Below are positions 1 to 62,000 of a stretch of DNA of 64,000 nucleotides, piece after piece. Source of the stretch: Callorhinchus milii (Eukaryota). The translations under genes were made by a program, and so were the position numbers. Within the stretch, counting starts at the first letter, position 1, and each line of letters begins with the position of its first letter. The stretch is taken from NCBI RefSeq assembly GCF_018977255.1, contig NW_024704742.1:5830001-5894000 (forward strand), given 5' to 3'. A model generated the notes under the pieces. The model saw nothing but the letters and a program-made list of their open reading frames with translations, searched no databases and had not been told where the DNA came from.

Positions 1-270
1 AAACCATTTAGAAGTGAAATCAGGAGGCATTCTTTCACCCAAAGGGTAGTGGTAAATCTGAAACTCTCTCCCCCAAAAGGCTGTGGATGCTGGATCCATT
101 CACATCTTCAAGACTGAGGTGGACAGATATTTGTTAGGTCAGGGTATCAAGGGATATGGGGCAAGGGCGGGTAATTGGACTTGAGGTACAGATCAGCCAT
201 GATCTTATAGAATGGTCGAACAGGCTCAAGAGGCTGAATAGTCTACTCCTGTTCCTATGTTTCTATGTTC
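1..270 (+). mobile_element. CR1-type LINE 3' end fragment
   Basis: End of RT (RHSFTQRVV..W..LPQKAVDA...FKTEVDR) plus tail gatcagccatgatctt...tactcctgttcctatgttt. Confidence 0.8.
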
Positions 271-271
271 C

Positions 272-580
272 TTTGACTCCTCTCCACTACCCGCTCCCTT
301 CGCTCAGCTGTCTCCGGCTTCCTGCATGTCCCTCGTCTCTTCCACTCCACCATCGGGCAACCATGCTTTCAGCCGCTGTACCCTGAGACTCTGGAACTCT
401 CTGCCTCAATCCCTCAGCCTTGCCCCCTCCTTGTCCATCTTCAGATCACACCTGAAAACCTTTCTCTTTGACCGTCTCTGCAATCATGTTTCCCCTTTCT
501 CTGGCCTTGGTGTCAAGCTCTGCCACAGTTAAGCGCTTAAGATGCTACCCTGTCTGATGGGGGTTAGATAGATGCAAGTT
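272..580 (+). mobile_element. L2-type LINE 3' fragment
   Basis: AFS...RLWNSLPQSL...FRSHLKTFLFDR, the L2 ORF2 C-terminal motif. Confidence 0.75.
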
Positions 581-671
581 TTTATTGGTGATGCTTTGAG
601 TCATTCTGACAGATAAAAGCATTATAAAAAGATTAATTTGGAGTTGAAGAAGGACATCTTCTTCAATATAA

Positions 672-762
672 ACACAGAAGTCGCTGGCAACACGCAGCAG
701 GTCAGGCAGCATCCATGGAGAGAGGAAACTGAGTTAACAGTTTCAGTTCAATGACCTTTCGC
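672..762 (-). mobile_element. Penelope-related terminal repeat fragment (also at ~2665-2790)
   Basis: gatgctgcctgacctgctg motif and ggtca..ga.ctgaaac shared with the tail of the GIY-YIG element at 5040-5140. Confidence 0.6.
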
Positions 763-1686
763 GAGGACATTTGTTTAGTCAAGTGTTTTGTTTAGCTCTA
801 TTTATAAATGCCTCACAAAGTATTGACATGGTAGGTGATAAGTTATAAGTTAACTCAACTAGCACCCCTTGTCTCTTTCAGCTTTCCCCTCTTGGCAGAT
901 TTATCCCATCCAGCGAGTACTTTTATTTTCTATTTTTTTTACTTCTTATATGCAGTTTCCATTTATTTGTGTTAAACTTAAATTGTCATTCACTATCTGA
1001 CGTGTATATCCTATCAAGCTGTCATTGCAAAACCTTTTCGAATTCCACAGTTCCTTCCAACTTGGTGTGATATTTCCCCTAATTTGGAATAATCTTTCCA
1101 GCATCGATCACAAAAGATTGCAATCAATGTGAATTATGTCCTAGGGGAGGGGTGGGGGATAAAACAATTGTAGTGATCTTACTGTGAGCCTGGCTGAGCT
1201 TAGCTAACATTTAACAGCACATACATAGGTACCCAAGCAAAGACTTTCCTGCTCTCGGATCCAGTTCTATCCTGGGAGATGCAATTGGGTCACTGAGAAG
1301 CAAACATTTACTAATTGTGTCAGTGTTTGTCTAAGTGTCTACCTTTGTGTGTCTCAGTGGCACCACAAAATAAAGTCAACAAATTGAGAAGGAACTGAAC
1401 TATATGTGCTCTTACTACTCAAGGTTGGTAGCGAGGCCACTTTTCAACATTTATTAACTGCAATATAAATAAAATATCACCAAAAAGGCAGGTAGCCACA
1501 AAACTTAAATTCAGTCCATGAAACGTTGTTAAAGCAAAGTTTCTGGAGCTGTACCTTATAATTGAAGGGTGATTGCATGTTAAGAATATTGGTTGCATTT
1601 GATACAGTCCATAATGTTGAAAGTCCTTCATGGGCAATTGCTGACAAATATACTTACTGTATTTGTAGGCAGACACATTTTAATAT

Positions 1687-2135
1687 ATAATAATCCTTGC
1701 ATTTGATACAGCGTCTTATCATGCTTCGAGATGTCTCAAAGTGCTTCACAGAATATACTATAAAGTGAATTGACTGTATATTTTGTGGGTAAAACGCAAT
1801 TGCACACAGCAGCGTCCCACAAACAGTTGTGGATTGACTGACCAAATTATTGTTATTTATTCATAACGTGAAGTCACATTGTGCTACAAAAGCTTCATAT
1901 TCAAGCTTATAACTGAAGCTTATTACAGGTATGAGATTTTTGGGGGGGAACTGATTATTACCATCGGAAAAGCGATCCGCCAAGCGACTAAAACCGGATT
2001 CCTGCTTACGGCTAAATAATCAGAGGCGTGTGGAGTAAGGAAACTTGCCCAACATTTTGCCCTGCCCAGGAATCAAACCCAGGTCCTCTCGCTTGTGAGG
2101 TGAATGCTCTAACCACTGAGCTACAGGACCACACC
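1687..2135 (-). mobile_element. tRNA-derived SINE with L2-like tail (dominant SINE of the window), interrupted
   Basis: Head tgtagctcagtggttagagca with B-box, body gggcaagtttccttactccacac, tail aaatgcaaggattatt. Confidence 0.8.
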
Positions 2136-3859
2136 ATCTAGTTTGCACGCAGCAAGGTCCGAAAAACAACAATTTTGTGAATGACCGATCTGACTGGAGG
2201 AATGGTGGTCGGAACCTAACTGCTCTTCCTCCTCTTACAACAATAGAGGCCCTCACCTTCGATTCTTTTGCCTCTCAGTCCGAAGATTGTGGGTTCAAGG
2301 CTGACGTTGGTCATTCGTTTTGTGGCTGTTTGTGGGACACTGCTGTGCGCAAGAGTGCTGCCAAGTCTGCCTACAAATACACAATCATTCCATGTCACAG
2401 TAAATCCTGTGAAGCACTTTGAGATGTCCTTCTGACGTAATAAGTTGCTATAACCGGATACGAAGCTTATTATTTGTTATTGTAGGTTCAAGCCCCGCAT
2501 TGGAACTTTGAACTCATATAGTCCAAGCTGATGCGCGAGCACAGTGCCGGGGGGAGCTCTGATTTGTCGGATGAGATGTTAAACCAATGATGGTATCTGG
2601 GTTGCTTTCTTATTGTTTCGGAAGCATTTTGGAAAGAGTGAACCCGATAATTAACTTCAATCAAAAGGCAAAATGCTGCAGATGCTGGACAGGTGAAATA
2701 AAAACAGAAGTCGCTGGGAACAGTCAGCGGGTCAGGCAGCATCCATGGAGAGAGAGGTGCGTGAGCTTAGGTTTCAGTTCGATGACCTGAATGAATCCTG
2801 TCAGTCAAAGAGGGTTGAAGCAATTGGAAGCCTTAAGGGAAATCTGATATTATTTTTTGGTCATGGGAATGACGGTAATAGAGGGAGTATGCTATTGAAG
2901 GTCATAAGAGATTGTTGATTCAGATACTGGCCTGATCTCTGGTTTCCACAATTCCAACTGCAACACCATCAGTGATGCACTGAATTACAGTCAGAAAAAA
3001 ATAATTTGTCATAGAACAGACTCAAATATAAGTATCAGTAAAATGTCTCCTGGAAACCTCAGCCCGAAGAGTAAAGCTAATTACTTCACAAATTGGCGAC
3101 TGATTTAATACACTGAGTGCGTGAAGAACAAGTGAGCAGTGTGGATGCTATATTTCACATACTTTCAAATCAGACATGAAGACTAACTGGATCAAACCAC
3201 TATGTTAAGCTTTTAGAATGTATGTTCTGCCATTTTAAAAATATCCAACGCACTCTGTAAATAGTCATCCCTTTCTGTGTTTGACATTCACAATCCCAGC
3301 TCAAAACACAGCTGTTGTTTGGCTTCATTAAGGAAAGGTTAGAACTCAGCAATGCTTCTTATCTCTCGGACTTATGTGCTTATTCAGGTTAGACAGGAGT
3401 CGTATTAGGAATATCGAGGAACAACAGCAACAACTAGCATTTAGATAGAACCCCTCACACAGGGCAGTGACCCAGAGCCCTGTTTAGAGAAATAGTTTTG
3501 CAGAGAAAAACACAGAGAGCACGATTTATGCTAATGAATAAAATTCCTTAGATTTGATAAAATGCTTATCACATCGTCTGGGCATCGCAAAGCTCTTCAT
3601 AGGAGAATGATGTGGCGAGATCATGAGCCATTACAGTTATATATATATATCATTATAACAAATTGTATTTCATATTATAAATTTCATTTAAAACAAAGAC
3701 AACCAAACACAGTTCTCTTAGGACAGACAGATTTTAAAGCAGTTGGGAAAGGGCCTGGTGATCTCTAACTGCTCTTGCCACCCAAGAATATCCACACGCC
3801 CACACTACCACCAATAGTGGTGAGTTTACCCGCTTGTAGCTGTCGTGCCCGATAAGAAG

Positions 3860-4124
3860 ATGGCCTCATTCAGTAAACAGAGTAAACACAGTCCAGCTGT
3901 GTTTAAAGAAGGAAGATGGTATGTCTTTGCTAAGGTTCGAGTTTAGCAGGAAGATTGTGTAGAAGGAACTCGGATTCCATCCAGAGGAGCTGAACTGTCT
4001 CAAGGTGCCGGGAGAGGAGGGTTTTGACATCAGTTTCAGGAATGCACAGTTGGTCAGGTTTTATTGGGAGAGATTCGAAGCAAAGAGGCAGAATAAACCT
4101 TTGTGCTATATAAGAGCAAGTTAG
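3860..4124 (+). mobile_element. Degenerate 5' ORF1 fragment of a Tx1/L1-clade LINE (ZCCHC3-like)
   Basis: Frame from 3882: VNTVQLCL...RFEFSRKIV*KELGFHPEELNCLKVPGEEGFDISFRNAQLVRFYWERFE; internal TAG at 3960. Confidence 0.55.
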
Positions 4125-5039
4125 AAAAAGAAGAGCAGTTTAAAAAAAAACCGCAGGTATTTATATATTTCACCATAGACAAATGGGAGCAAATATGCAT
4201 AGCAATGACCTCTGGTTCTTCCAGTATCTCAGAAAGCTATTGATGTCTAAACCTGCCGTGAAAAGAACTCAAGTATACGAATAAGAAGCCTCAGTGTGCA
4301 CCAAATCAGGGGGACAACAGAGAGAAAAGAAATCTGCAATTTAACACTGGAAATTAAGTTACAAACACTGGAGATATTTTCTGTTGCAATGAAATGTTTT
4401 AACATAAGAATGTGCAACATGGCTTCCCTGGAGTAACTTTGTGCACACATTTATTATAAGTCACAGGGTTCATTGAAGCGTTGGCCGGAGGATAAAGGTA
4501 CTTTGTCACGTAGGTTTTGCAAAGTTTCCACTGAGCACCATCACGTGAATTATGTGTGCCAGGGTGGTGCCAAGGTCTATAGAGTTTCACTGGCTGTAAA
4601 AACAGTCACTGAAGGTGTGTGGATCTTGGCAAATGGTTTAAACACTGGATGCATGAGGTGAGATTTAAGAGAATATAAAGGAAGAGACTTTCTGTACAAG
4701 GAATCAAATGATAAACTCAGTACTGTAGATTGGTAAGGCTCTGTATTCTGTAAAACATCTCTAAGTATATTACATTATTTCACAAATGGGTAGAGTCATG
4801 CGCTGGATAAGCAGAGCTACATTTGTGTTTGGGTTGGTAGCATTCTTGACTTTGGAGTCAGAAAGTCGTGGGTTCAAGCCCCACCTCGGGCTTTGAAATC
4901 ACAGTCTAGGCAGACACCCCAGCACTGTGCTGGGAGTTGCTGTGTTATTGGAGGTGCCGTCTTTCGGTAAATTGAGGTCCTGACTGCATGGCAAACAATC
5001 CCTCATTCACTGAATGAGATTATTCACTTCATACAAAAA

Positions 5040-5775
5040 CAGAGCGAGCTGGCAAAAACTCAGCAGGTCAGGCAGCATCTAAAGGGAAAGGAAAGTGAGT
5101 CAATGTTTCGGGTCCATGACCCTTCGTCAGAACTGGGGTATGGTGAGAGGCAGAGGTTATTAAGGACAAGTTGGTGGGGTGGGGGGGGGAGGCAGGACAA
5201 GGACGACAAAGAAGACAAAAAAGAAGACAAAGGAGAGAATGTGTTAGTTGATGGGTGAAAGAGGTGATAGTGACGTAAAACAAAAATGGGGGGGGTTTGT
5301 ACAACAAAAGGGGGTTGAAACAAAACTGGGGAGAAGAGGTATTAATGGTGCAGAACAGGCAATACACCAGAGAGAGGTAAAGTGTGTCTGGGGTGATGAC
5401 TGTAATGATAACAGAAGATAACTTTCTGCTACCAGAAGGTAACAGAAAGGGGGCGCGGGGGGTGGTGTGGGGGAAGGTGAGCTGTTACGGTCTGAAGTGG
5501 CTGAAATCAATATTGAGGCCAGAGGGCTGTAGGGTCCCTAGCAGATAGATAAGATGTTGTTCCTCAAGCTTTCGCCGTGGGTCATTGGAACAGCGTAGAA
5601 GACCATGGATGGAGAGATCGGATTGTGAATGGGAGTGTGAGTTGAAATGGCAGGAGACCGGAAGATCAGGGTTAACCTTGTGTACAGAACGGAGGTGTTC
5701 TGCAAATGGGTCACCCAATCCGCGCTTAGTCTCCCTGATATAGAGGAGACTGTGAGCAACAATGTCCATCAACAG
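5040..5775 (-). mobile_element. Penelope-like retroelement 3' fragment (GIY-YIG endonuclease plus terminal repeat)
   Basis: LYIRETKRGLGDPFAEHLRSV...PVSCHFNSHSH...RKLEEQHLIYLLGTLQPSGLNIDF at 5485-5772; hammerhead-like core at 5104-5134. Confidence 0.85.
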
Positions 5776-6485
5776 TCATGACGTGAATGACCTTTTTTTT
5801 TAAATCTGGAGAAATATTGGTCAGAACACCAGGAGAAACTCACTTCCCTTTTTGACTAACGTCAAGGGATCTTTAACGCTGGGCAAGTTGCCTTACTCCA
5901 ATACACCTTTGCTTACCGAGCAGTAAGTAGGAACTCAGTTGTTAGTCAATTGGCGTATCGCTTTTCCGGGGTTAACAATCCCTAAACAAACCCAATAATA
6001 ATTTGGTCACTCAATCCATGACTGTTTGTCGGACACTGCTGTGCGCACATGTAAATTAACAACAGCTGTACAGCAGGCGAAGGGTTGACACGTTCTCACA
6101 GGTTCTGATGCTCACAAGCAAGATCAACCAATTCGAACATGAGGTGAGGGACGGACAGCATCTATTTTTAGAACACCTTTGTCTCAGCTGGAAACTTTTA
6201 AATCAAGCCTACTCCGAAAAGCAACGCTGCCAGAGAAGCATTTCAACATTGTTTGTGNAAAAAAAAGTCCAAGTTAAATTTTAAATAAAACCAGTGATGG
6301 TGCAAATAACTGGTCAAGAGCAAGGTCAGCACAGGACAACACTAGGCCAATATTGAAATGTCACATAACCTGTCTATCTCACTGTCAGTGCTTGTACTCT
6401 ACATGAGCAGTCAAGTTCATTCCACACGGTCACTGTTCCTTTGGCACTTGTCCTTTGCTGTTTCAAATAATGGAGGGAGTTAAGC

Positions 6486-6812
6486 TAATAATAATAATAA
6501 TAATCCTTGCATTTGATATAGCGCTTTTCACGTCGGGAGGACGTCCCAAAGCGCTGCACAGAACACACTGTAAAGTGAATTGACTGTATATTTGTGGGCG
6601 AACGCGGCAGCCAATTGCACACAGTAATGTCCCACAAACAGTCGTAGATTGAAAATGACCAATTTATTATTGTTTTGGGTTTTGGAGGGATTATTATTAG
6701 GGTCTGTGTGGAGTAAGGAAACTTGCCCAAGGTTTCGCCCTGACCTGCCTGGAATTGAACTCAGGTCTCTCGCTTGCAAAGCGAGTGCTCTGACCACTGA
6801 GCTACGGGACTC
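6486..6812 (-). mobile_element. tRNA-head SINE, short subfamily
   Basis: A/B-box head and (TTA)n tail; nearly identical to the copy at 12575-12897. Confidence 0.85.
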
Positions 6813-8394
6813 CTAGGCAAGGGATGGCTCTTTGCTCTGACAGCGGGATCCAAATCAAGAGGCAAAAATCCTAAAATTAGAGCGAAAGTGGGTTAGAAGT
6901 GAGATCAGAAAGCATTTCTTCAACGCACACCTGAAAAGAAAGCAACGTTTGATCCCCAATGGTGCTTCAAGCCCCACATGGTGGAGTCCTGTAGCTCAGC
7001 GGACCTTGTTGACTTGATTCAGGAGTGTGATGTGCATCCAAGGCCCGTTCATCACCAATACACGCCTGCTGCTGCTTCCAGGGGGGTGATTTTAGTGGAA
7101 TGAAGGGCATATGTCGGCCGAGCAGAATTGCTATACCTGTTACTGGAGGAAGAGGAGGCTGCTGCAGTGTGGCCCACCCCGTCTCTGGTAAAATTCAGGT
7201 ATTCTCTTGGTGGTGAGGGGAGTGATGCAATGCTCCCTAACACTGCATTGGATTGTCAGCCTAGACTGGGAGCTCTTTCTGTTAGCAATTGTGAATTTCA
7301 AGATGATCTGTATACATATCTGCATGCACAACAGGGCCCTTCCCTTATACGTTCCTGTATATACAACAACAACTATTGGCAGGATCGGTTATTGCATACA
7401 AATCTGATTTCCTGCATGAACCTTGATCACATTGTTTGCTTTCACTGTCTTGTTTGGCACTCTCATTACTGTTTTCTTTCCTCCCTCTTCTCCTTCTGTA
7501 TAGATACCGGGTGAGGTGTACCTATTGCAGCTCTGCTTGCAATACGGAATGTAGATTTCAGCGATAGCACTCACAAACCATTCAACGTGCCATCAACACT
7601 GTGTGTGTACACCTTAAGCAATACATGTGTGATGAGCTTGTTTAGGTCATAGCTCATCAATGATAGCAGATCCTTTCCACCCCCCCCCCCCCCCAAATAT
7701 GCCCATGACACTCCCCATGCATGACCTTTCCGATGAGGTATAAATTAATGAGGTATAAAGTATATAACGTCAGTCGGTTATTGTGTTATTGGCGGACAGA
7801 CACACGTGCGGCGTGTGAACTGTGCTGCCATCTCTCTCTCTTGGCTCCTGGTGCTTAGTAAGTCTGAGGAAGCCTCAGGCTTCACTTTAACCTTCTCTCC
7901 TCCCTCCTGACACACGCACACACACTCACTTACACACTCACTCACTCACACATGCACTCATATAACCTTTTCCCTCTCCCCCCTCCCACCCCCAAAAAAC
8001 CATCTCTCACCTCCTCGAGAAATGATGGGACTCAGTGTATTTTTGTTGGTAGGCGCGAGGGGAGAGATTTAACTTTAAAAATGTAGCATTCAATTTTTTT
8101 TCACCACTCTCTTCCCTCCTTCCCCCTCTCTGTCCCTATCCCGATGTATCTCTCTAGAAAGATGGATGATTTTCCCCTGTCACTACTTCGTTGCAGAATA
8201 CCACACACACCTCATATTTTGGGGCTTAATTAAAGCATTTTTTAATGTAGCTCATCAACGATTGGAGATACCCGAGAAAAAATAGGCCCGTGATACCGTG
8301 ACCATCCCCCACGCAAGACCTTTCCAATGAGGTATAAATCATGTCTCCAGGACCTGCTCAGACCGACTAAACCCCAGGTTTGCAGACGATGGTA

Positions 8395-8772
8395 AGCTCG
8401 GAAAAGTAGCAGTGAGGAGCATAGCAGCAGACTGCAAGACGACATAGACAGACTGGTAAAGTGGGCAGACACGTGGCAGATGGAGTTTAATGTGGATAAA
8501 TGCGAAGTAATGCATTTTGGAAGGAAGGATGAGAGGCAGTATACGATAGATGGTAGAATCTTAAATTGGGTCAAGGAACAGAGAGACTTGGGGCTTCATG
8601 TAATTAAATCTTTGAAGGTGGCATTTCGGTACCCCAAGGACACCGATTTACAATAGTTGTTAAGCAAGAGAGCGGGGCAGTGGGGTTGATTTGGATTGCT
8701 CTTTTCAAAGAGCCGGCACAGACACGATGGGCCGAATGGCCTCCTTCTGTGCTGTATAATTCTATGATTCTA
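8395..8772 (+). mobile_element. CR1-type LINE RT fragment plus 3' tail
   Basis: LQDDIDRLVKWADTWQMEFNVDKCEVMHFGRK; tail atgggccgaatggcctccttctgtgctgta. Confidence 0.85.
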
Positions 8773-9119
8773 CATCAATAGGTTATTGCGTTATCGACAC
8801 ACAGACAGACATTTTGTCTTTATTAGTATAGATAATAGATATATTGCCCCCTTGTGGTCTCGTCTGCTGTAGCCAAAAGCCTAACCAAAGGCAAAGAACC
8901 ATAGAAATTGACAGTATAGACAGAGCCATCGTGTGCTGGCTCGTTTAAGATCTTAATCCATTTTGCCTGCCCTTTCCCCATTCGCCCGCAAAATGTACAG
9001 TCAATTCACTTTACATTATATTCTGTGAAGCGTTTTGAGGCATCGCAAAGACGTGATAAGGAGCTGTATCTTACCCGTTTTAAACAGGCCGGTTAATTTG
9101 GACAAAACATCGTCGCCTC

Positions 9120-9702
9120 TGCGTCAACTCACTCTGTGTCCCAAATGCAGCCGAAACCCTCGCCCGTGCGTTTGTCACCTCCCGCTTGGATTACTCAAAC
9201 GCCACCCTTTGCGGACTCCGTCAGCTCCACCATTCACAAGATCAGCTCATTCAAAACTCTGCCCCCACGTCTCACCAGTTCTGGCCCGGGCTCCCCATCA
9301 CCGAACAGATCGACTTCAAGATCCTCACTCTCGTGTTCAAATCCCTCCACTCCTCGGCACCTCCCTCACCTCTCCGACCTCCTCACTCCCCGATCCACGA
9401 ACCGGCGCCTCCGCTTGACTAGCACCTGCCTCCTGCTCGTCCCTCGCACCCTCCGCCCCACCATCGGAGGTTGCACTTTCAGCCAATACGCCCCGAATCT
9501 CCGGAACACTCTCCCTCAATCCCTCCGCCTTGCCCCCTTGCTCCCCTTTCTTAAGTCCCGCCTGAAAACTTTCCTGTTCGATCGTGCTTACGGCCACCTC
9601 CCCCCCCCACCCCGGCTCGGAGTCAGGCTCCGCCACTGTTAAGCGCTCTGAGACGCCACCCTGCAGGGAGGGCGCTGTATAAGTGCAAGTTGTTGTTGTT
9701 GT
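9120..9702 (+). mobile_element. L2-type LINE 3' fragment
   Basis: LDYSNATLCGL...[14 protein letters not shown]...LKSRLKTFLFDRAY; tail gcgctgtataagtgcaagttgttg. Confidence 0.85.
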
Positions 9703-10255
9703 GTTTCAGACCGCTCCATTCAGCCACGAGTGGCTCTGAGGTGAAGACGGGAGTAGTCAAACTGCGGTTGACGGACAACAGACTCCGGCCATTCACAAGC
9801 GGCCCCTGGGAGGCTGAAATCAGTGATGGGGGGTGTGGGGTGGGGGGGACGGAAAAGAAACAAGAGAGGGAATGGGAGGAGTCAAAAATGTGATTGATTG
9901 ACAGCTGGAGCCACTTGGGAATGGCTGGAGTGGCCACGGGCTGCCAATCACTTCGGAGCCACCGCTAATCGATCCCCTTCCCATCCAGTGGGAACGGCAG
10001 TGGGGAGGGAGGAGGCGCCCCCGAAGAACTTTGGTTCGCCTCGGAACGCCTCTTGAGCCGGATAAAATGGCCAATCCCGACGTGTCCACCAGAAGTGGCT
10101 CCCACTGCCTTGTGAGTTGTCCCAAGCTTTGAATATTCCATTAGTCACCGGCAAAAGGATAGTCAGTCACCGCTATTGGTACACAAAATACCAACCAAAC
10201 ATCAACATTCGATAAACATCTGATACTTTCAGGTCCATATTTACGGGAACAGGTA

Positions 10256-10261
10256 TTTATT
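10256..10261 (-). terminator. Candidate ADAMTS3 polyadenylation signal AATAAA
   Basis: AATAAA on the minus strand ~1.08 kb past the stop, followed by GT-rich sequence (gatgtttggttggt). Confidence 0.5.
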
Positions 10262-10789
10262 AAATAATCCACAGCAACGCACGGGAGAGAAAGACTGAAC
10301 GAACATTAGAAGGATAACTGATTGTCGCTATCACTGACAGCTTTTTGTTTTCTGGAGACAGCAGTGCACTTTACTGTGAATAAAAGGAGTGTGAATGGGT
10401 CAGACTCTAGAGCACCACATCTAGGCTGGAAATAAGGTAAAGGAGCTTTAGTCTGACTATTTAAATTCCCTAATTTGAGAATACAATCTCTACATAACTA
10501 CTGCCACTTTGTGCTTTTAAAGGGTACCGTATTTCCCTCTTAAAACTGCAATGGTCTGAAGTACAGGCTTGTGGAATATATTGAGGCGGTTTTTTTTATA
10601 AAAGAAGATATTCAGAAGTAATTACAAATGATAAAACAAATCCCATGGAACAAACTCTTGTTTAAAAAAATGATACTGACTTTTGCATGCACTGCATTTA
10701 CACACACACACGCACACAATTGCAAATGGACTTAAATAATATTAGCAACATTAAAATATTGTTTTGAATGAAACTTGTAAATGGCATTA

Positions 10790-10875
10790 GGTTAGAAGAT
10801 CAGCCGTGATCTTATTAAATGGCGGGGGAGGCTCGAGGGGCCGAATGGCCTACTCCTGCTCCTACATCTTATGGT
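10790..10875 (+). mobile_element. CR1-type 3' tail inside the putative ADAMTS3 3' UTR
   Basis: gatcagccgtgatcttatt...ggctcgaggggccgaatggcctactcctgctccta. Confidence 0.7.
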
Positions 10876-11336
10876 TAATGGTTGACATATCAACCCAACG
10901 TGTCCAGCTACATGCCCCGCCGTAAACAACTTTAGTGCCTGTATTCTAGAGGCCCAGTAAAAACAGAATTATGCCCATCAACTGACAAGAACCAAAATAG
11001 GAAAGTGCACCAGCACTTAGAACTTTGTTAATAGGGGAACTGCTGATAATTTAGGAATTCAATTGAAATTGTGAGGGTTCTTTTTCAAAATGTTGTGTGC
11101 GACACACCGTCCACAATCCTTTCAGATAGTCATTCCTTTAAAAACGTCTGATGGCAACATCTTTCCTTGATGTTTCGACCACAGAATATCTTGAAGCTAT
11201 CTGTCTTGACTTGACGTAGTAGCGCCGTCTGAATAAAGAGTACTGTTGAACTGTCGTTCTTGCCAGAAGGAAGATTTCCGATGACCGAGCAGTGCCTTGA
11301 TGGAGCTGAAGCTTGTGAAGCCAACAATGTTAAAAG

Positions 11337-61426
<50,090 letters not shown>

Positions 61427-62000
61427 CCACTGGTCGGTAAAAACCTTTCCTCTTGGGAGGTGAGCCCTGCTCTCGCTGCAGTGCAGTGCGGTGCAGTGCG
61501 TTCAGAGCTGCTGCGATGGCAGGATGTTTGCATTTGCGCTGCTTGTGTGTGTGGTGGCTTCAGCTCTGCTCGTACACACAGCCCCAGCAGCCAGCAGTGC
61601 TTGACGTCAAGGGCTCAGAGTACAACCACATGTTCACACACAGCTGCCAAACAGCCAGAGCCTTGCCTCTGCCTCATAAACAGTCAGGATCACAAGCAAA
61701 GGTAGCTCGATAGCTGCACAGCACACACACACACACACACACACGACTGTCAGAAGGATTTCCAACGCCCCCCACCCAACCCCCAACACCCCCTATGTAT
61801 GTAGAGTGAAAGTTTCTTTAAAAAAACACATGTTTTCACTTTTCTGCAGCTCCAGTGATGTATTAAGTTCTGCTCCTCTCGAGTGCAAAATGCAGACTGA
61901 CACTTCTCATAGGTTACTTTTGGTGGTGGGGTGGGGGTGGGGGGTGCGGTGGGGTGTTTGTTACAGACTGTCCCGGTGGGTGAATTTGGATAAAGGTTAA
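61427..62000 (-). promoter_or_regulatory. Putative ADAMTS3 5' UTR and proximal promoter
   Basis: Sequence without recognisable TE just upstream of the ATG; palindrome TTGACGTCAA at 61601-61610, (CA)n at ~61722-61743 and G-rich tracts; TSS not determinable. Confidence 0.4.

Noticed and set aside
6258..6258. Ambiguous base N (another at 25628)
   Set aside because: Both sit beside poly(A) runs and reflect sequencing uncertainty; they also caution against over-reading single-base oddities
1..10100. Exons of a downstream neighbouring gene
   Set aside because: No recognisable host-protein translation; ORFs such as 4473-4661 and 7128-7514 match nothing I know
9745..10135. GC-rich segment as a CpG-island promoter or hAT MITE
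   Set aside because: One end resembles a hAT terminus but I found no matching opposite end, TSD or associated gene
61453..61713. Plus-strand ORF with a signal-peptide-like stretch opposite the ADAMTS3 5' end
   Set aside because: No recognisable homology or splice structure; likely an antisense reading of GC-rich UTR or promoter
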